Assembly: GCF_006345805.1 (NCBI RefSeq)
Contig: NW_021831690.1
Location: forward strand, 1-36,517
Length of the DNA stretch: 36,517 nt
Reading direction: 5' to 3'
Source of the DNA: Octopus sinensis
Lineage: Eukaryota
The translations under genes were made by a program, and so were the position numbers. Positions 1 through 11,177 of the stretch are shown in pieces (positions within the stretch are counted from its first letter, which is position 1; each line of letters opens with the position of its first letter). The notes under the pieces were generated by a model, which saw nothing but the letters and a program-made list of their open reading frames with translations, had not been told where the DNA came from and searched no databases.

Positions 1-245
1 AAGAAGAAGAAGAAGAAGAAGAGTGGCAGGTGCAGTTGGAGCAGGAGGACGAGGACGAGGTGGAAGGCAAAAATGAAGAACAACAAGAACAAGAACAAGA
101 AAAGAAATACAAGTTACTAACGCTTTTATACTTTGAAATAAAGCAAATATATTCCAATGTGAAAAGGAAAGGAAAGGAGGGATGGGAAGAGGCGTGATAA
201 GATGTGGTAGAAACAAACCAAAAAGGCAACAGCTACAACAAATGG
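1..245. repeat. Purine-rich low-complexity tract, (GAA)n/(CAAGAA)n
   Basis: GAA, GAC/GAG and CAAGAA runs read directly. Confidence 0.8.
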
Positions 246-487
246 TTAAGTATAATAGCAAAAATAGACGTTCGCATTGTGTATTTAATAAACCAAGATA
301 TTTCAGTTAATTAAAATGACTCCCTTTATGAATAGAAAGAACCATTTTAGAAATTACTTATTCTGATAGAAAAAAAAAAAAAAAATAGCAGAGAGAGACA
401 CTTCCGAAATATTAATTCATTAGAATCGAATTAAATAAGCAATGTGGTTGAAAGCTAATATTATCTCTAATAATATCTCTAATAATA

Positions 488-925
488 GGCGTAGGAGTGG
501 CTGTGTGGTAAGTAGCTTGTTTACCAACCACATGGTTCCGGGTTCAGTCCCACTGCGTGGCACCTTGGGCAAGTGTCTTCTACCATAGCCTCGGGCCGAC
601 CAAAGCCTTGTGAGTGGATTTGGTAGACGGAAACTGAAAGAAGCTTGTCGTATATGTATATGATATATATATATATATATTATATTATATAATAGGTATG
701 TGTGTTTTGTGGTCTGTGTTTGTCCCCCCAACATCGCTTGACAACCGATGCTGGTGTGTTTAACGTCCCCGTAACTTAGCGGTTCGGCAAAGAGACCGAT
801 ATAATAAGTACTAGGCTTACAAAGAATAAGTCCTGGGGTCGATTTGCTCGACTAAAGGCGGTGCTCCAGCATGGCCGCAGTCAAATGACTGAAACAAGTA
901 AAAGAGTAAAAAGAGAGTAAAGAGT
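488..925 (+). mobile_element. tRNA-headed SINE, family A (full length, internal TA/TG microsatellite, CR1-like tail)
   Basis: A-box-like TGGCTGTGTGGT and B-box-like GGTTCAGTCCC, then CORE-like CACCTTGGGCAAGTGTCTT. Ends GGTGCTCCAGCATGGCCGCAGTCAAATGACTGAAAC plus (TAAAAGAG)n. Repeated at 2398, 5881, 13243/14260 and 14452/14880. Confidence 0.9.
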
Positions 926-1029
926 GAAAACTCCATTCGTATTTTGGTCTTATAGAAACTTATCAGTAATGCTGTTACTATATATCTTAGATTAAATCGA
1001 GATGTATATACGAGTTTAGCGCGCAGTAT

Positions 1030-1270
1030 GGCGGTGAATTGGCAGAGTCATTAGGAACGTTGGTTAAAATATATCGCGGTCTATTTTCTGAATCTTAATG
1101 TCCAGATTTCAAATCCTGCAGAGGTTAACTTACCTTTACAATTTTTCGAAGTAAATAATAAAAAAAGTACCAATTTAGTGTGGTAGATTGGTGAGATTGT
1201 ACAAACTTTAGACGAGATCTGGTGCATTATTACTCAAACTTTAGGGATTCAGAGTTCAAATGCCATCGCT
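1030..1270 (+). mobile_element. Decayed SINE family B copy or copies
   Basis: GGCGGTGAATTGGCAGAGTCATTAG...TTCAAATCCTGCAGAGGTTAACTT resembles the heads at 12829, 13051, 27025 and 31463. Confidence 0.55.
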
Positions 1271-1559
1271 GCGTCACTAGATCGTAGATTTAATTCATTT
1301 TTAACAGCATCACCACACTTCCTCAGAGTCCACTTTGTCGCAACGCATTCGGGCAAGAGATCGTAGAAAATCTAGATAAGTATAAAGTCTATTGGATTTT
1401 AATGAACGAACGGGAATTGGTAGAACGACGAGCATTATAAATGCTTCAAAATTGTACAGATTATCCGTGTTCTAATTTATTTTCTTTCTGTGCCAAAAAG
1501 AAATTGCATTTTATCGGTATCTCATTGCATTAGAAATACTAGTGAAGACATTACTGGCA

Positions 1560-1700
1560 CGTTAAAAAATTTGCTATGCAACTATGTAGTTTTGGGTTCA
1601 GTTTCATTGTATGGCACATAGAGCGAGTGTCTTCTACTGTAGCCATGGGTCAATCAAAGAATGTGAGTGAATTCAGTATGCTGAACCAGTTGAATCCGTC
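1560..1700 (+). mobile_element. Decayed SINE family A 5' half
   Basis: GGGTTCAGTTTCATTG...GAGTGTCTTCTACTGTAGCCATGGG...TGTGAGTGAATT aligns by eye to 540-620. Confidence 0.55.
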
Positions 1701-1724
1701 AAAATTAGGCGAGTTCAAACAGTG

Positions 1725-2184
1725 TACAACTTTATTTTTTCCGCCAAAAACTAATGCTGTGCGGGCAAAATATTTTGGGTAAGAGATGACACTACCCTTC
1801 GTGCGCATGCGCAAAAACTTCCGCAATGGTAAGCCTCAACAGCTCGCCGTGGTTACGCCTAGACTACAGACGTGTAGTGTACGCTCGTCGCATTTTCGTT
1901 TTCACCGTACGCATCAAGCAGAGACATTGCATGAAGTTTTGCCAAGAGAATCATTTAGATGGATTAGTACGGAATGCCCCAAAGAGATCAAAACTGATCT
2001 GTTCTTTTCCTTCTTCATATCAAACCAAAGACCTGTTTGAGTATCGGATCTTATGAATGAGTGGATGGAAGGAAGTCATCGATAATGATGAGAATTACTT
2101 ATATGATTAAATTTTAGAAAAATGTAAATTTACATAGCTTTTTCCTTACCCAAATTTCGAACATTATTTATGGGATGACCTGAT
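1725..2184 (+). mobile_element. Possible internally deleted mariner-like remnant
   Basis: The peptide IKQRHCMKFCQ (~1912-1945) resembles mariner transposase N-termini (xEQRxCIKFC). The right end ...GGGATGACCTGATA could be a TIR plus TA, but no left TIR was found. Confidence 0.4.
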
Positions 2185-2209
2185 AAATATATATATAAAT
2201 ATACATATA

Positions 2210-2392
2210 TAGGGAGAATTCACAAAAACAAAAGCCGTAGTCATGGGGTGTAGACAACAAACAGATGTATCAGTTTAACGCTTCGGAAGTGAAAATGTCT
2301 TTAACGTTTCGAGCCTACGCTCTTCCACAGAGAGGAACACAAAAAGAAACAAGGAGAGAAGATAAATAATGTGTAGTTGCTAGCGACCTATC
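2210..2392 (-). mobile_element. Penelope-like terminal-repeat fragment with variant hammerhead motif (2299-2334)
   Basis: Minus strand reads CTGTGGA-A-GAGC-GTAG-GCTC-GAA-ACGT-T-AAAG. Homologous to 14628-14833 and flanked by TA. Confidence 0.5.
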
Positions 2393-2397
2393 ATATA

Positions 2398-2773
2398 TTA
2401 CTCTTTTACTCGTTTCAGTCATTTGACTGTGCCCATAACTGGAGCACAGCCTTTAGTTGAGCAAATCGACCCCAGGACTTATTCTTTGTAAGCCTAGTAT
2501 TTATTCTATCGGTCTCTTTTGCCGAACCGCTAAGTTACGAGGACGTAAACACTCTAGCATCGTTTGACAAGTGATGTTGGGACAAACACAGACACACAAA
2601 CATATGCACACACATATATAAATAAATAAACACATATACGACGGGCTCCTGTCAGTTTCTATCTACCAAATCCACTCGCAAGGTTTTGGTCGGCTCAAGG
2701 CCATAGGAGAAGACACTTGCCCAAGGTGCTACGCAGTGGGACTGAACTCGGAACCATGTGGTTCGTAAGCAAG

Positions 2774-2776
<3 letters not shown>
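2398..2776 (-). mobile_element. SINE family A, slightly 5'-truncated
   Basis: Reverse complement matches 515-910, including the internal microsatellite. Confidence 0.9.
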
Positions 2777-2813
<37 letters not shown>

Positions 2814-2814
<1 letters not shown>

Positions 2815-3094
2815 TCACCGTGACCGACCAGGCAATCAGATGTTACACATCGCTGGTCACAATGCGCTTTGCATTCTTTTAGCCTTCAAATGACGCCACC
2901 CCGCTGGCTAAGCGAGCAGGCCAACAAGGGAAAGAGTGAGAAAAAGTTGTGGCGAAAGAGTACAGCAGAGATCGTCCCCCACCCACTGCCGGAGCCTCGA
3001 GGAGCTTTAGGTGTTTTCGTTCAATAAACACTCACAACGCCCGGTCTGGGAATCGAAACCGCGAATCCGCTGCCTAACCACTGGGCCATTGCGC

Positions 3095-3098
<4 letters not shown>
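2814..3098 (-). mobile_element. tRNA-headed SINE: family C head with an alternative tail
   Basis: Minus head GGAGGCGCAATGGCCCAGTGGTTAGG...TTCGATTCCCAGACCGGGCG equals 10799. The tail (2814-2930) differs from family C. Confidence 0.85.
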
Positions 3099-3149
<51 letters not shown>

Positions 3150-3183
3150 ATATATATATGTTGTAGTAGGTATCTATATATAT

Positions 3184-3330
3184 CTTTTATCTTTATCATT
3201 ATACTTTGGCCATGCTCTTACACTGCTTTGGAGGACTTTAGTCAAGCGAGTCGACAACAGTACTTATTTTTTTCAAGTCTGGTATTTATTCTATCAATCT
3301 CTTAGGCTGATCCCAATAGCTTAAGGTGAT
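3184..3330 (-). mobile_element. Decayed SINE family A 3' tail
   Basis: TGGCCATGCT...TTTAGTCAAGCGAGTCGAC...AGTACTTATT...TATTTATTCTATC parallels 2430-2510. Confidence 0.55.
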
Positions 3331-3739
3331 GACTTTGACTATTGGATCTTGAAAATATGCAGGATGTATTTGAGTGTGGATATTGATTATCAAAAGAATA
3401 AATAAGTATATATATATATATATTATATTAAATTAGAGATAAAACCACTATCAGGCAAATCAAACAATGAAAAACTTAAGCCAATACATAAAATTAATTA
3501 ATTTATATTATTTTAAATATATACAAAGTATTAAAAGTTTAATAAAAGATAATGAGTAGCACACACATATAAATATATATCTACATACATATGCTTACTT
3601 ATTCTTCTGATAATCAACATCGACACTCAGATACATCCTGCATATCCACAAGATCTCGTAGTCAAAAAGGTAATCTTAAACTATTGGCTTAATATATAGG
3701 TATGCATGTATGTGTGTGTGAATATATATACGTAGCATA

Positions 3740-3990
3740 TATATGTTGGTGGGTGTATGTGCGTATATATCTATGTGTGTGTGGCTTTGTGTCTGTATTT
3801 GTTCCCCATCGCCGCTTGACAACCGGTGGTGGTATGATTACATCTCCTTAGCCTACGTTTTTCTCTCTTCCTTTCCTTCTTTTGATGAAAAACTGGCGTT
3901 TGAAACGTCAAACCATTTGTCCTTTCGTGAAAGTGTCATATTTATTGCAACTTTCTTTAAACTTGTCTGTCCTAGTTTTGCTTTTTCTTG
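3740..3990 (+). mobile_element. SINE A 3'-half fragment followed by a Penelope-like fragment with a degenerate hammerhead (3879-3912)
   Basis: CGCTTGACAACCGGTGGTGG matches SINE A. It is followed by TTGATGA-A-AAAC-TGGC-GTTT-GAA-ACGT-C. Confidence 0.45.
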
Positions 3991-4163
3991 CTTTTGCACG
4001 CTCTCTCTCTCTCACACACACACACACACGACACACACACACATGTATGTAAATTAGAATACATGTATGTGTGTATGGATATCTCTATGAATGTATGTGT
4101 ATATATACATATGTATAATATATATATATATATATATACATATGGATTATATGTGTATACATA

Positions 4164-4196
<33 letters not shown>

Positions 4197-4355
4197 ACAC
4201 ACGCGCATATAAGATTATATATATATATATGCCGCGCGGGTGTTATATATATATAGATAATAGGTATGTTATACACATATAATCTATATGTATATATATA
4301 TATATTATACATATTTATATATAACACATACATTCATACAGATATCCATATATAA

Positions 4356-4694
4356 TAAAGGGTAAAGACCCCTTCGGTCATGAATGACCATGGGATTGCA
4401 CCTAAAAGTTTCCCTCCTAGACACAAGTCCGGGCAAGGTTGTTTATGGAAGGCCAGCAGTCGCCCATGCATACCAGCCTCCCCTCTCCACGCCACAGTGT
4501 TATCCAAGGGAAAGACAAAGGTCGATACAGCTTGGCCCAGTGACGTCGCAACTCATTTCTACAGCTGAGTGAACTGGAGCAACGTGAAATAAAGTGCCTT
4601 GCTCAAGAACACAACACGCAGCCCGGTCCGGGATTCGAGCTCACAACCTCACGATCGTAAGCTCGACGCTCTAACCACTGAACCATGCGCCTTC
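4356..4694 (-). mobile_element. tRNA-headed CORE-like SINE (head D, third tail type)
   Basis: Minus strand: GGCGCATGGTTCAGTGGTTAGAGCG...GCTCGAATCCC, then TGTGTTCTTGAGCAAGGCACTTTATTTCACGTTGCTCCAGT shared with 15900-16215. The tail is unique in this window. Confidence 0.85.
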
Positions 4695-5016
4695 ACTATA
4701 TATATATATATGTATACACATACACACATACGCACGCATACACAGGCGCACACACACCACACACACTCACACACACACATCTTCATCCTTACGCAGGCAT
4801 AATTATATATCGTATAATTACATACATTCAATTATAAAGATAAAATTTAATTCCTAGATAATATTCTGCTAGAAATATGGTAATTAATTTATTCATTCCT
4901 ACGTGTCCAAATTGAATGCCATGTCTGTAATGTAAGTGTTATCATTGAGTATATTTGCGATTTTAACGAAGTGTTCATGTAAAAAAAATATTTACGAATA
5001 CGATATATGCGAGTGT

Positions 5017-5394
5017 GGAGACGCAATGGCCCAGTGGTTAGGGCAGCGGACACGCGGTCGTAGGATCGCGGTTTCGATTCCCAGACCGGGCGTTGTGAGT
5101 GTTTATTGAGCAAAAACCCTAAAGCTCCACGAGGCTCGGGGGGATGGTGGTGATACCTGCTGTACTCTTTCACCACAACTTTCTCTCACTCTTACTTCCT
5201 GTTTCTGTTGTACCTGTATTTCAAAGGGCCGGCCTTGTCACTCTCTGTGTCACGCTGAATATCCCCAAGAACTACGTTAAGGTACACGTGTCTGTGGAGT
5301 GCTCAGCCACTTACACGTTAATTTCACGAGCAGGCTGTTCCGTTGATTCGGATCAACCAGAACCCTCATCGTCGTAACCGACGGAGTGCTTCCA
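5017..5394 (+). mobile_element. tRNA-headed SINE family C, full length, 12-bp TSD
   Basis: A/B boxes present. TSD ATATGCGAGTGT at 5005-5016 and 5395-5406. Near-identical to 10799 and 19029. Confidence 0.95.
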
Positions 5395-5880
5395 ATATGC
5401 GAGTGTATGGCGAAAACAGGTCGAATAAACTATAGTGTTATGCGCGCGTGTGTGTAACATCCATTCGTATCCACATACAAACACGCATATCTTATGTTAG
5501 ACAGTTGTAATATCGTTAGGTGCCTGTCCTGAACATAAAGCACCAAAGCGACAGACTAATGACATGACTTTCAGCGACACAAGGACCCACGAGTGGAATA
5601 TTATCGCCACACTCGTATACGGAGATTGAGAAAGAGAGTGCGCGTTAGAGGGAGAAGGAGATAGAGGATAACATATCTAAACATGTATATAGATATGTGT
5701 GTATTATGCATGTCTCTCTCTCTCTCTCTCTCTCTCTCTGTCCCTCTGCATATATATATATATATATATACATATACTTACCTGTATATGAATATATGCA
5801 TATGTAAAATCTATCTATCGATATATATATATATATATATATAATATATATATATAATATATATATACATATATATATAT

Positions 5881-6236
5881 AGGCGTAGGACTGGATGTGT
5901 GGTAAGTGGTTCCGGTTCATTCCCACTGCGTGGCAACTTGGGCCGACCAAAGCCTCGTGAATGGATTTGATATATATTATATATATATACAAAATATGTA
6001 TGTGTGTATGTGTGTGTATATGTTTGTGCGTCTGTGTTTGTCCCCACCAACATCGTTTGACAACCGATGCTGGTGTGCTTACGTACCCGTAACTTATCGG
6101 TTCGGCAAAAGAGACCGATAGAATAAGTACTAGGCTTACAAAAATTAAGTCCTGGGGTCGATTTGCTTGACTAAGGGCGGTGCTCCAGCATGGCCACAGT
6201 CAAACGACTGAAGCAAGTAAAAGAATAAAAGAGTAA
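5881..6236 (+). mobile_element. SINE family A with deletions in the 5' half
   Basis: 3' half is near-identical to 700-910. Confidence 0.9.
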
Positions 6237-6375
6237 TACATATATATATATATATATATCTCCAAAATTTAGAGGATTGACCACTAAAAGTGGACAGCCT
6301 GTATGCTAGAAAATCTTCGGATTTTTTTTGTCAATATATTAGGCTACTGGTTTTAATTGATTAATATCAATTTCT

Positions 6376-6410
<35 letters not shown>

Positions 6411-6423
6411 GTATGTATATATA

Positions 6424-6716
6424 TCCTTTGTATCTCTGCTCGGGAGACAAGTTGGCGTTGCGCATTTTTTTTTTTTTTGTAGTCTAGTCCGGCTTTTATA
6501 TTTCATGTCCTGATACATTTCCTGCTGTGGCTGTGTAGTCCTATCCTGGACAAACACTCCCTCTGGCAGGTACCGCAAATGTAGCGAAGACTGTTCCTGG
6601 CTGGTTGTAGTGCCATAGTCTCTTGTTTACGTCTCTTCCTTTCTTTCCATTTCTCCTCTCTCTCTCTGTCACTCTTTTGTATTCCCTCTTTTACTGTACG
6701 TCGCCATTCTCCACGT
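6424..6716 (-). mobile_element. RTE-clade LINE 3' end (ORF C-terminus plus 3' UTR)
   Basis: [23 protein letters not shown] matches the CxxCxRxCxSRIGLxSHxRxC terminus typical of RTE ORFs. A second copy is at 34559-34750 and both lie in (TA)n. Confidence 0.8.
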
Positions 6717-7230
6717 ATATATATATATATATACATATATATAAATATATATTAGATGCCGAGAAATGAGCGGAGATAATGTGACAAAGAGAAATACACA
6801 CATATGCGTTGAAAAATATAAATATAATCTTAGACGTGCACCTACTACGCATAGGAAAACATCTTGTAATTTCGTTTACGATTATTTACCGAGTCTACAT
6901 AATTTAACTTCTGCGTGTAAATCACATATTGACAGATATATATAGAGATAGATCGATACAGGGGAAATGTTCAACAGCGAGGCGGAGAGATCGATGGATG
7001 AACAGAGTTATATAATTATAGTCGACCATACACATATATGGCGATGTTATTATCGGTCTTCTCTTCCCGTATCCATTCTTCTTCGCTCCTTTTTTTCTCA
7101 CCCGTACATGTATACATGCATACAGACATCCGACATAAGCCACACACTGTATCTCATTCTCTCTCAATACACATACACACAATTAGTATATATATATATA
7201 TTATATATATATATATAAATATATATATAT

Positions 7231-7416
7231 AGTGATAAAACGGTAAGAATAACAAAAGAAAGAAAGAGACCTCAATATTATGTAAATAGAGGAAATTTAG
7301 ATAAATACAATAATATGTTACATATAGCCAGATAACCGAAGAGATGGTGTTGTGGATTCCCACTTCGGCATCTGAAACTCAGAGTTTTATCTTGACTATC
7401 GAGTAATTAACAGATT

Positions 7417-7420
<4 letters not shown>
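7231..7420 (+). mobile_element. Penelope-like fragment with hammerhead-like motif at 7330-7392
   Basis: AGATAA-CCGAAGA-GATG...CATC-T-GAA-ACT-CAG-AGT-T-TTATCT: 6-bp stem I, and the same stem III as 34458. Confidence 0.55.
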
Positions 7421-7483
<63 letters not shown>

Positions 7484-7495
7484 TATATATATATA

Positions 7496-7540
<45 letters not shown>

Positions 7541-7645
7541 GATATTATAATAATATAACATATATAATATATATATTTGTATATATATCTATATATATAT
7601 ATATATATTATATATATATATATACTATATATATATATATATGTA
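7420..7645. repeat. (TA)n microsatellite, interrupted
   Basis: Direct reading. Confidence 0.95.
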
Positions 7646-7649
7646 TAGT

Positions 7650-7830
7650 TCTTTATTGAAAATGAAATAGAAAATTTATTTCTGGACTTAATTTTCACGT
7701 CACTGCGATCTTCAGGCGAGAACAGCTTTTGTCTGAAGGTCCTAAACGGAGTGGAAAACCTAGTCACGGCACAAACATTTACTTTTAGATTCAACAAAAA
7801 AGGAACGTATCCTCTATATTACGTATTGAG
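7650..7830. mobile_element. Decayed Penelope-like fragment with opposed hammerhead-like remnants
   Basis: Minus CTGAAGA-TCG...CGT-GAAA..GTC (~7682-7717) and plus CTGAAGG-TCC...GGA..GAAAA..GTC (~7731-7770). Confidence 0.3.
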
Positions 7831-8013
7831 CACTCCTCTTTTTCATGCGATATTGACGAGTATTCGTCTCTCCTCTTTCTCTCTCTCTCTCTCTTATGTT
7901 TTAAACTTTAAATGAATTTCGACCGGCCACCTTGATAGCAAATTTGTGAAGGAAAGAATCTTGCTTTGTTCTTCATCCTTTAAATTTTAATAGGGTCTTA
8001 CTGATTTTTATAA

Positions 8014-8186
8014 TACTTTCTTGTATAGGCACAAGGCCTGAAATTTTGGGTGAGCGGACCAGCTGATTAGATCGACCTCAGTACGCAACTGGTAATTAAT
8101 TTATCAGCCCCGAAAGGATGAAAGGCATAGTCGACCTTGGCGGTATTCGAACCCGGCGTGCTAACGATTCTGCCAGCTCACCGCCT
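8014..8186 (-). mobile_element. SINE family B, internally deleted
   Basis: Minus GGCGGTGAGCTGGCAGAATCGTTAGCACGCCGGG...CCTTTCATCCTTTCGGGG...ACTGAGGTCGATC. Confidence 0.85.
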
Positions 8187-8204
8187 TGCCAATTTTTATA
8201 ATGC

Positions 8205-8870
8205 CAGATATCGCGATCATTTGTAGTGTATGAACTAAAAACTTGCATCCTCTCTCCAAGAACCCAAGTTCAGCAATACTTTGTTCCAGACAGGTTAGTA
8301 AGTATCGAATTACTTCAATTATAATTAAGTATGAAGCTGAAATAGGTACTGGATTTGCAAACCCCTTATTTGTGGTCCATAGATGTCCCCTTTCTCTTGC
8401 ATTTTTCTTGCCATATTCGTATCCAGAGGGCAGCTCATTTCTACAATAGAACATCTCTTTGCTTTATGGTCCCTCACGATATCTGACCGGTTGTGTTTTA
8501 ACTTAATGCTTGTTTTAAGTTTTATCGTCCACCAATGTTCTTTTGACCCGTCAGTCACAATTTAGTCAACTTTGTCTGTAACTATTTTCTTCTTCTCATC
8601 CTATTCCAGACTGTTCTGGCTAACGCATCATACCTCAAGAGAAGATAATATCTGGAAGACACTCTATCGCAATTGGCAGTAATGTGATTGATGTTTTCAG
8701 TATAGCTTTGTGCAGTCTACATTTCTCGTTTGTCAATGTTTTCTGCCTTTTTATGCTGTAGGTACTTGCTGGGGGATCTATTGTTCTTGAATTTCACGGA
8801 ATTAGCCTTTGAGGTGGGATGTCATAAACTTATCGGTAGTCCATGACAAGCTTTCGACATAATCAGTCCC
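8205..8870 (-). pseudogene. Decayed R4/Dong-clade retrotransposon C-terminus (zinc knuckle plus restriction-like endonuclease)
   Basis: Minus frames give IQEQ..., KCRLH...ENINHITANC and HNRSDIV...CSIVEMSCPLD. Homologous to 13426-13800 and 36011-36406. Confidence 0.75.
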
Positions 8871-8919
8871 TTCTATGGTATGCATGTATGTATGTATGTA
8901 TGTATATATGTATGTATGA

Positions 8920-9471
8920 CGTCAGGTCACTTTCCAGTGCTACTGGTAATATGTAACCCAGTACAACCTGTTGCATGGTCGGGTCGTCGGCGACTAAACC
9001 GGCAACCCCACCAAGCTTGCTTGGTGAGGAGGGTGTTTATTGGACACCCTGCAGGATAAAAAACAAAACCTGTCAAAGGGCAGAGGAACTCTTGAGAGTC
9101 AACGGCCATCCAATAAATGTCTTAAGGCTTTATCATGCGCGGGTACATAGAAATAATCGGACTGAATATCCGATCGCGCGATTAACCATTTGGGAGTGAA
9201 GGACTCCTAGCCTTTGTTAGGGCATCCTGCTAGGAGAAGGTAACTCAGGTAACTGGGATACTCCTCCGACATAAAACCTGCGCTCAGTGGTTCCGATGAT
9301 GTTTACTTGATCTTCTTTTCGATTATGGCTGCTGTTGCTTAGTGAGTGGGATTGACTCAGTGCACAGCCTTTCCTGACTTTAAAAAAATCTTCTTGCCCA
9401 GGCATTGCACGATAACAACATTGATTAAGCTTTGTGCAATGGCCATACTCGATAACGAGGGGGCAGCCACC
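8920..9471 (+). mobile_element. ~550-bp non-coding element in (TATG)n, probably a non-autonomous RTE derivative
   Basis: Sharp boundaries within a TATG tract. GGGCATCCTGCTAGGAGAAGGTAACTC resembles a motif in RTE 5' UTRs (recollection). Hairpin ACCAAGC-TT-GCTTGGT. Confidence 0.5.
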
Positions 9472-9590
9472 ATGTATGTATGTATGTATGTATGTATGTA
9501 TGTATGTATGTATGTATGTATGTATGTATGTATGTATGTATGTATGTATGTATGTATGTGCGTGCATGTGTGTGTATATGTATGTATGTA
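9472..9590. repeat. (TATG)n microsatellite
   Basis: Direct reading. Confidence 0.95.
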
Positions 9591-9979
9591 CCAATATACA
9601 TCAAGTGAAAACAACGAAAAATCTCTCTTTTCGGATAAAATTACTTTGTTTGACCATTTCACTTTCGTCAATAGATATACAACGAACTGACTTTTTACTG
9701 TTGATAACACGCTAACCACAACGCTACAGTTTACCAAATGCAATATATAAGACAATATAAATAAACATAAGCATTTTGGGAGTTACGAAATAGAACGATT
9801 TTGGGCACTCCGAACACAATTCGGTATTAACCTGCTACAACCAAAGCCAATGCTACCTTACAGCTCATTGCTACCAGACTACATCCGCATTATTCATATG
9901 GGCCCAGTAAAGACACTCACCGAACTTATATAAAATTTATTGGAAGCCAGCACTCCCCTCTTTATTCTCTTTTTTCTCC

Positions 9980-10240
9980 TCAAATAGTACCAGAAGAAAT
10001 TGATGAGGGCTGATCCTTGGAGGATCTTTAATTCGTGTCCATGTCATATCTTCCTTTGCCATAGCCACACGTCAAAATAATTCCGTTTGTTCTTTGTCAA
10101 AGAAAGACGATGAACTGTGGTTCGAACCTCACTATATACTAGATCCGTCACATACCTCATAATAGTGTTCCATATAACCCTACAAACTAGTATTTCTGGG
10201 ACATAAAACAAGTGTGCACAGGACGTTTTCGTCATACTTC
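9980..10240 (-). pseudogene. Possible very old RTE-like reverse transcriptase remnant
   Basis: Minus frames VP...VIWNTIMR..YV...RTTVHR...YFDV then LQGSAL resemble the RT QGSxLSP region. Weak. Confidence 0.25.
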
Positions 10241-10798
10241 ATCTCGGGCATGATCGGTTGCTAGTGGTTTGAATATATAATACTTGTAGAATTAATCCCG
10301 CATAGGCAATGACCGTAGCATTACCAGGATAAGAACTTTTGAATAATACATGACCAGCGTCTAGAATTATTCTCAGGCCTTCTTCATTCACATCCTCAAT
10401 TAACCCTCTATACTGGGACGAACTGCGTAGTCGGGCTCGTAAAGTACAGAATGTAGTGCAGTATTCCAGAGATATTTCTTTGTTGTGGAAGCTCGTGATA
10501 ACCTGACCATCCTATGAAAAAGGCCCCCCGTTTGCCCGTGGTTCCCAGAAATTCGAATTTTCATTTGCGGTTAAAAGAAGAATTAAGTGCAAAAAAATAC
10601 TAGGAAATGAAATTTTATAGTGACACATACATTCATGAAACATGAACCATTGTCTCAATGATCAAAGCCGTCAAACTAGTAACGGAATAAAAGAACGAAG
10701 GTGACAATATGTTACAAAAACTCCGGAGTTGGAGCGAGAACAACTATTTTCCATGTATCATACATTCTATACAACTGAACACACATACATGTAAGCGT

Positions 10799-11177
10799 GG
10801 AGGCGCAATGGCCCAGTGGTTAGGGCAGCGGACTCGCGGTCATAGGATCGCGGTTTCGATTCCCAGACCGGGCGTTGTCAGTGTTTATTGAGCGAAAACA
10901 CCTAAAGCTCCACGAGGCTCCGGCAGGGATGGTGGTGATCCCTGCTGTACTCTTTCACCACAACTTTCTCTTACTTCCTGTTTCTGTTGTACCTGTATTT
11001 CAAAGGGCCGGCCTTGTCACTCTGTGTCACGCTGAATATCTCCGAGAACTACGTTAAGGGTACACGTGTCTGTGGAGTGCTCAGCCACTTACACGTTAAT
11101 TTCACGAGCAGGCTGTTCCGTTGATTCGGATCAACCGGAACCCTCGTCGTCGTAACCGACGGAATGCTTCCATTCCC
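10799..11177 (+). mobile_element. SINE family C, full length with TSD
   Basis: TSD ACATGTAAGC at 10787-10796 and 11178-11187. Near-identical to 5017-5394. Confidence 0.95.

Noticed and set aside
3972-4333. Many 60-130 aa ORFs rich in YI/CV/HT here and throughout the window
   Set aside because: They are translations of TA, TG, CATA and GATA microsatellites, not genes.
5017-5095. tRNA genes at SINE heads (also 4620-4694, 10799, 16140-16215, 19029)
   Set aside because: A/B boxes continue into SINE bodies, some with TSDs, and there is no clean acceptor stem or terminator.
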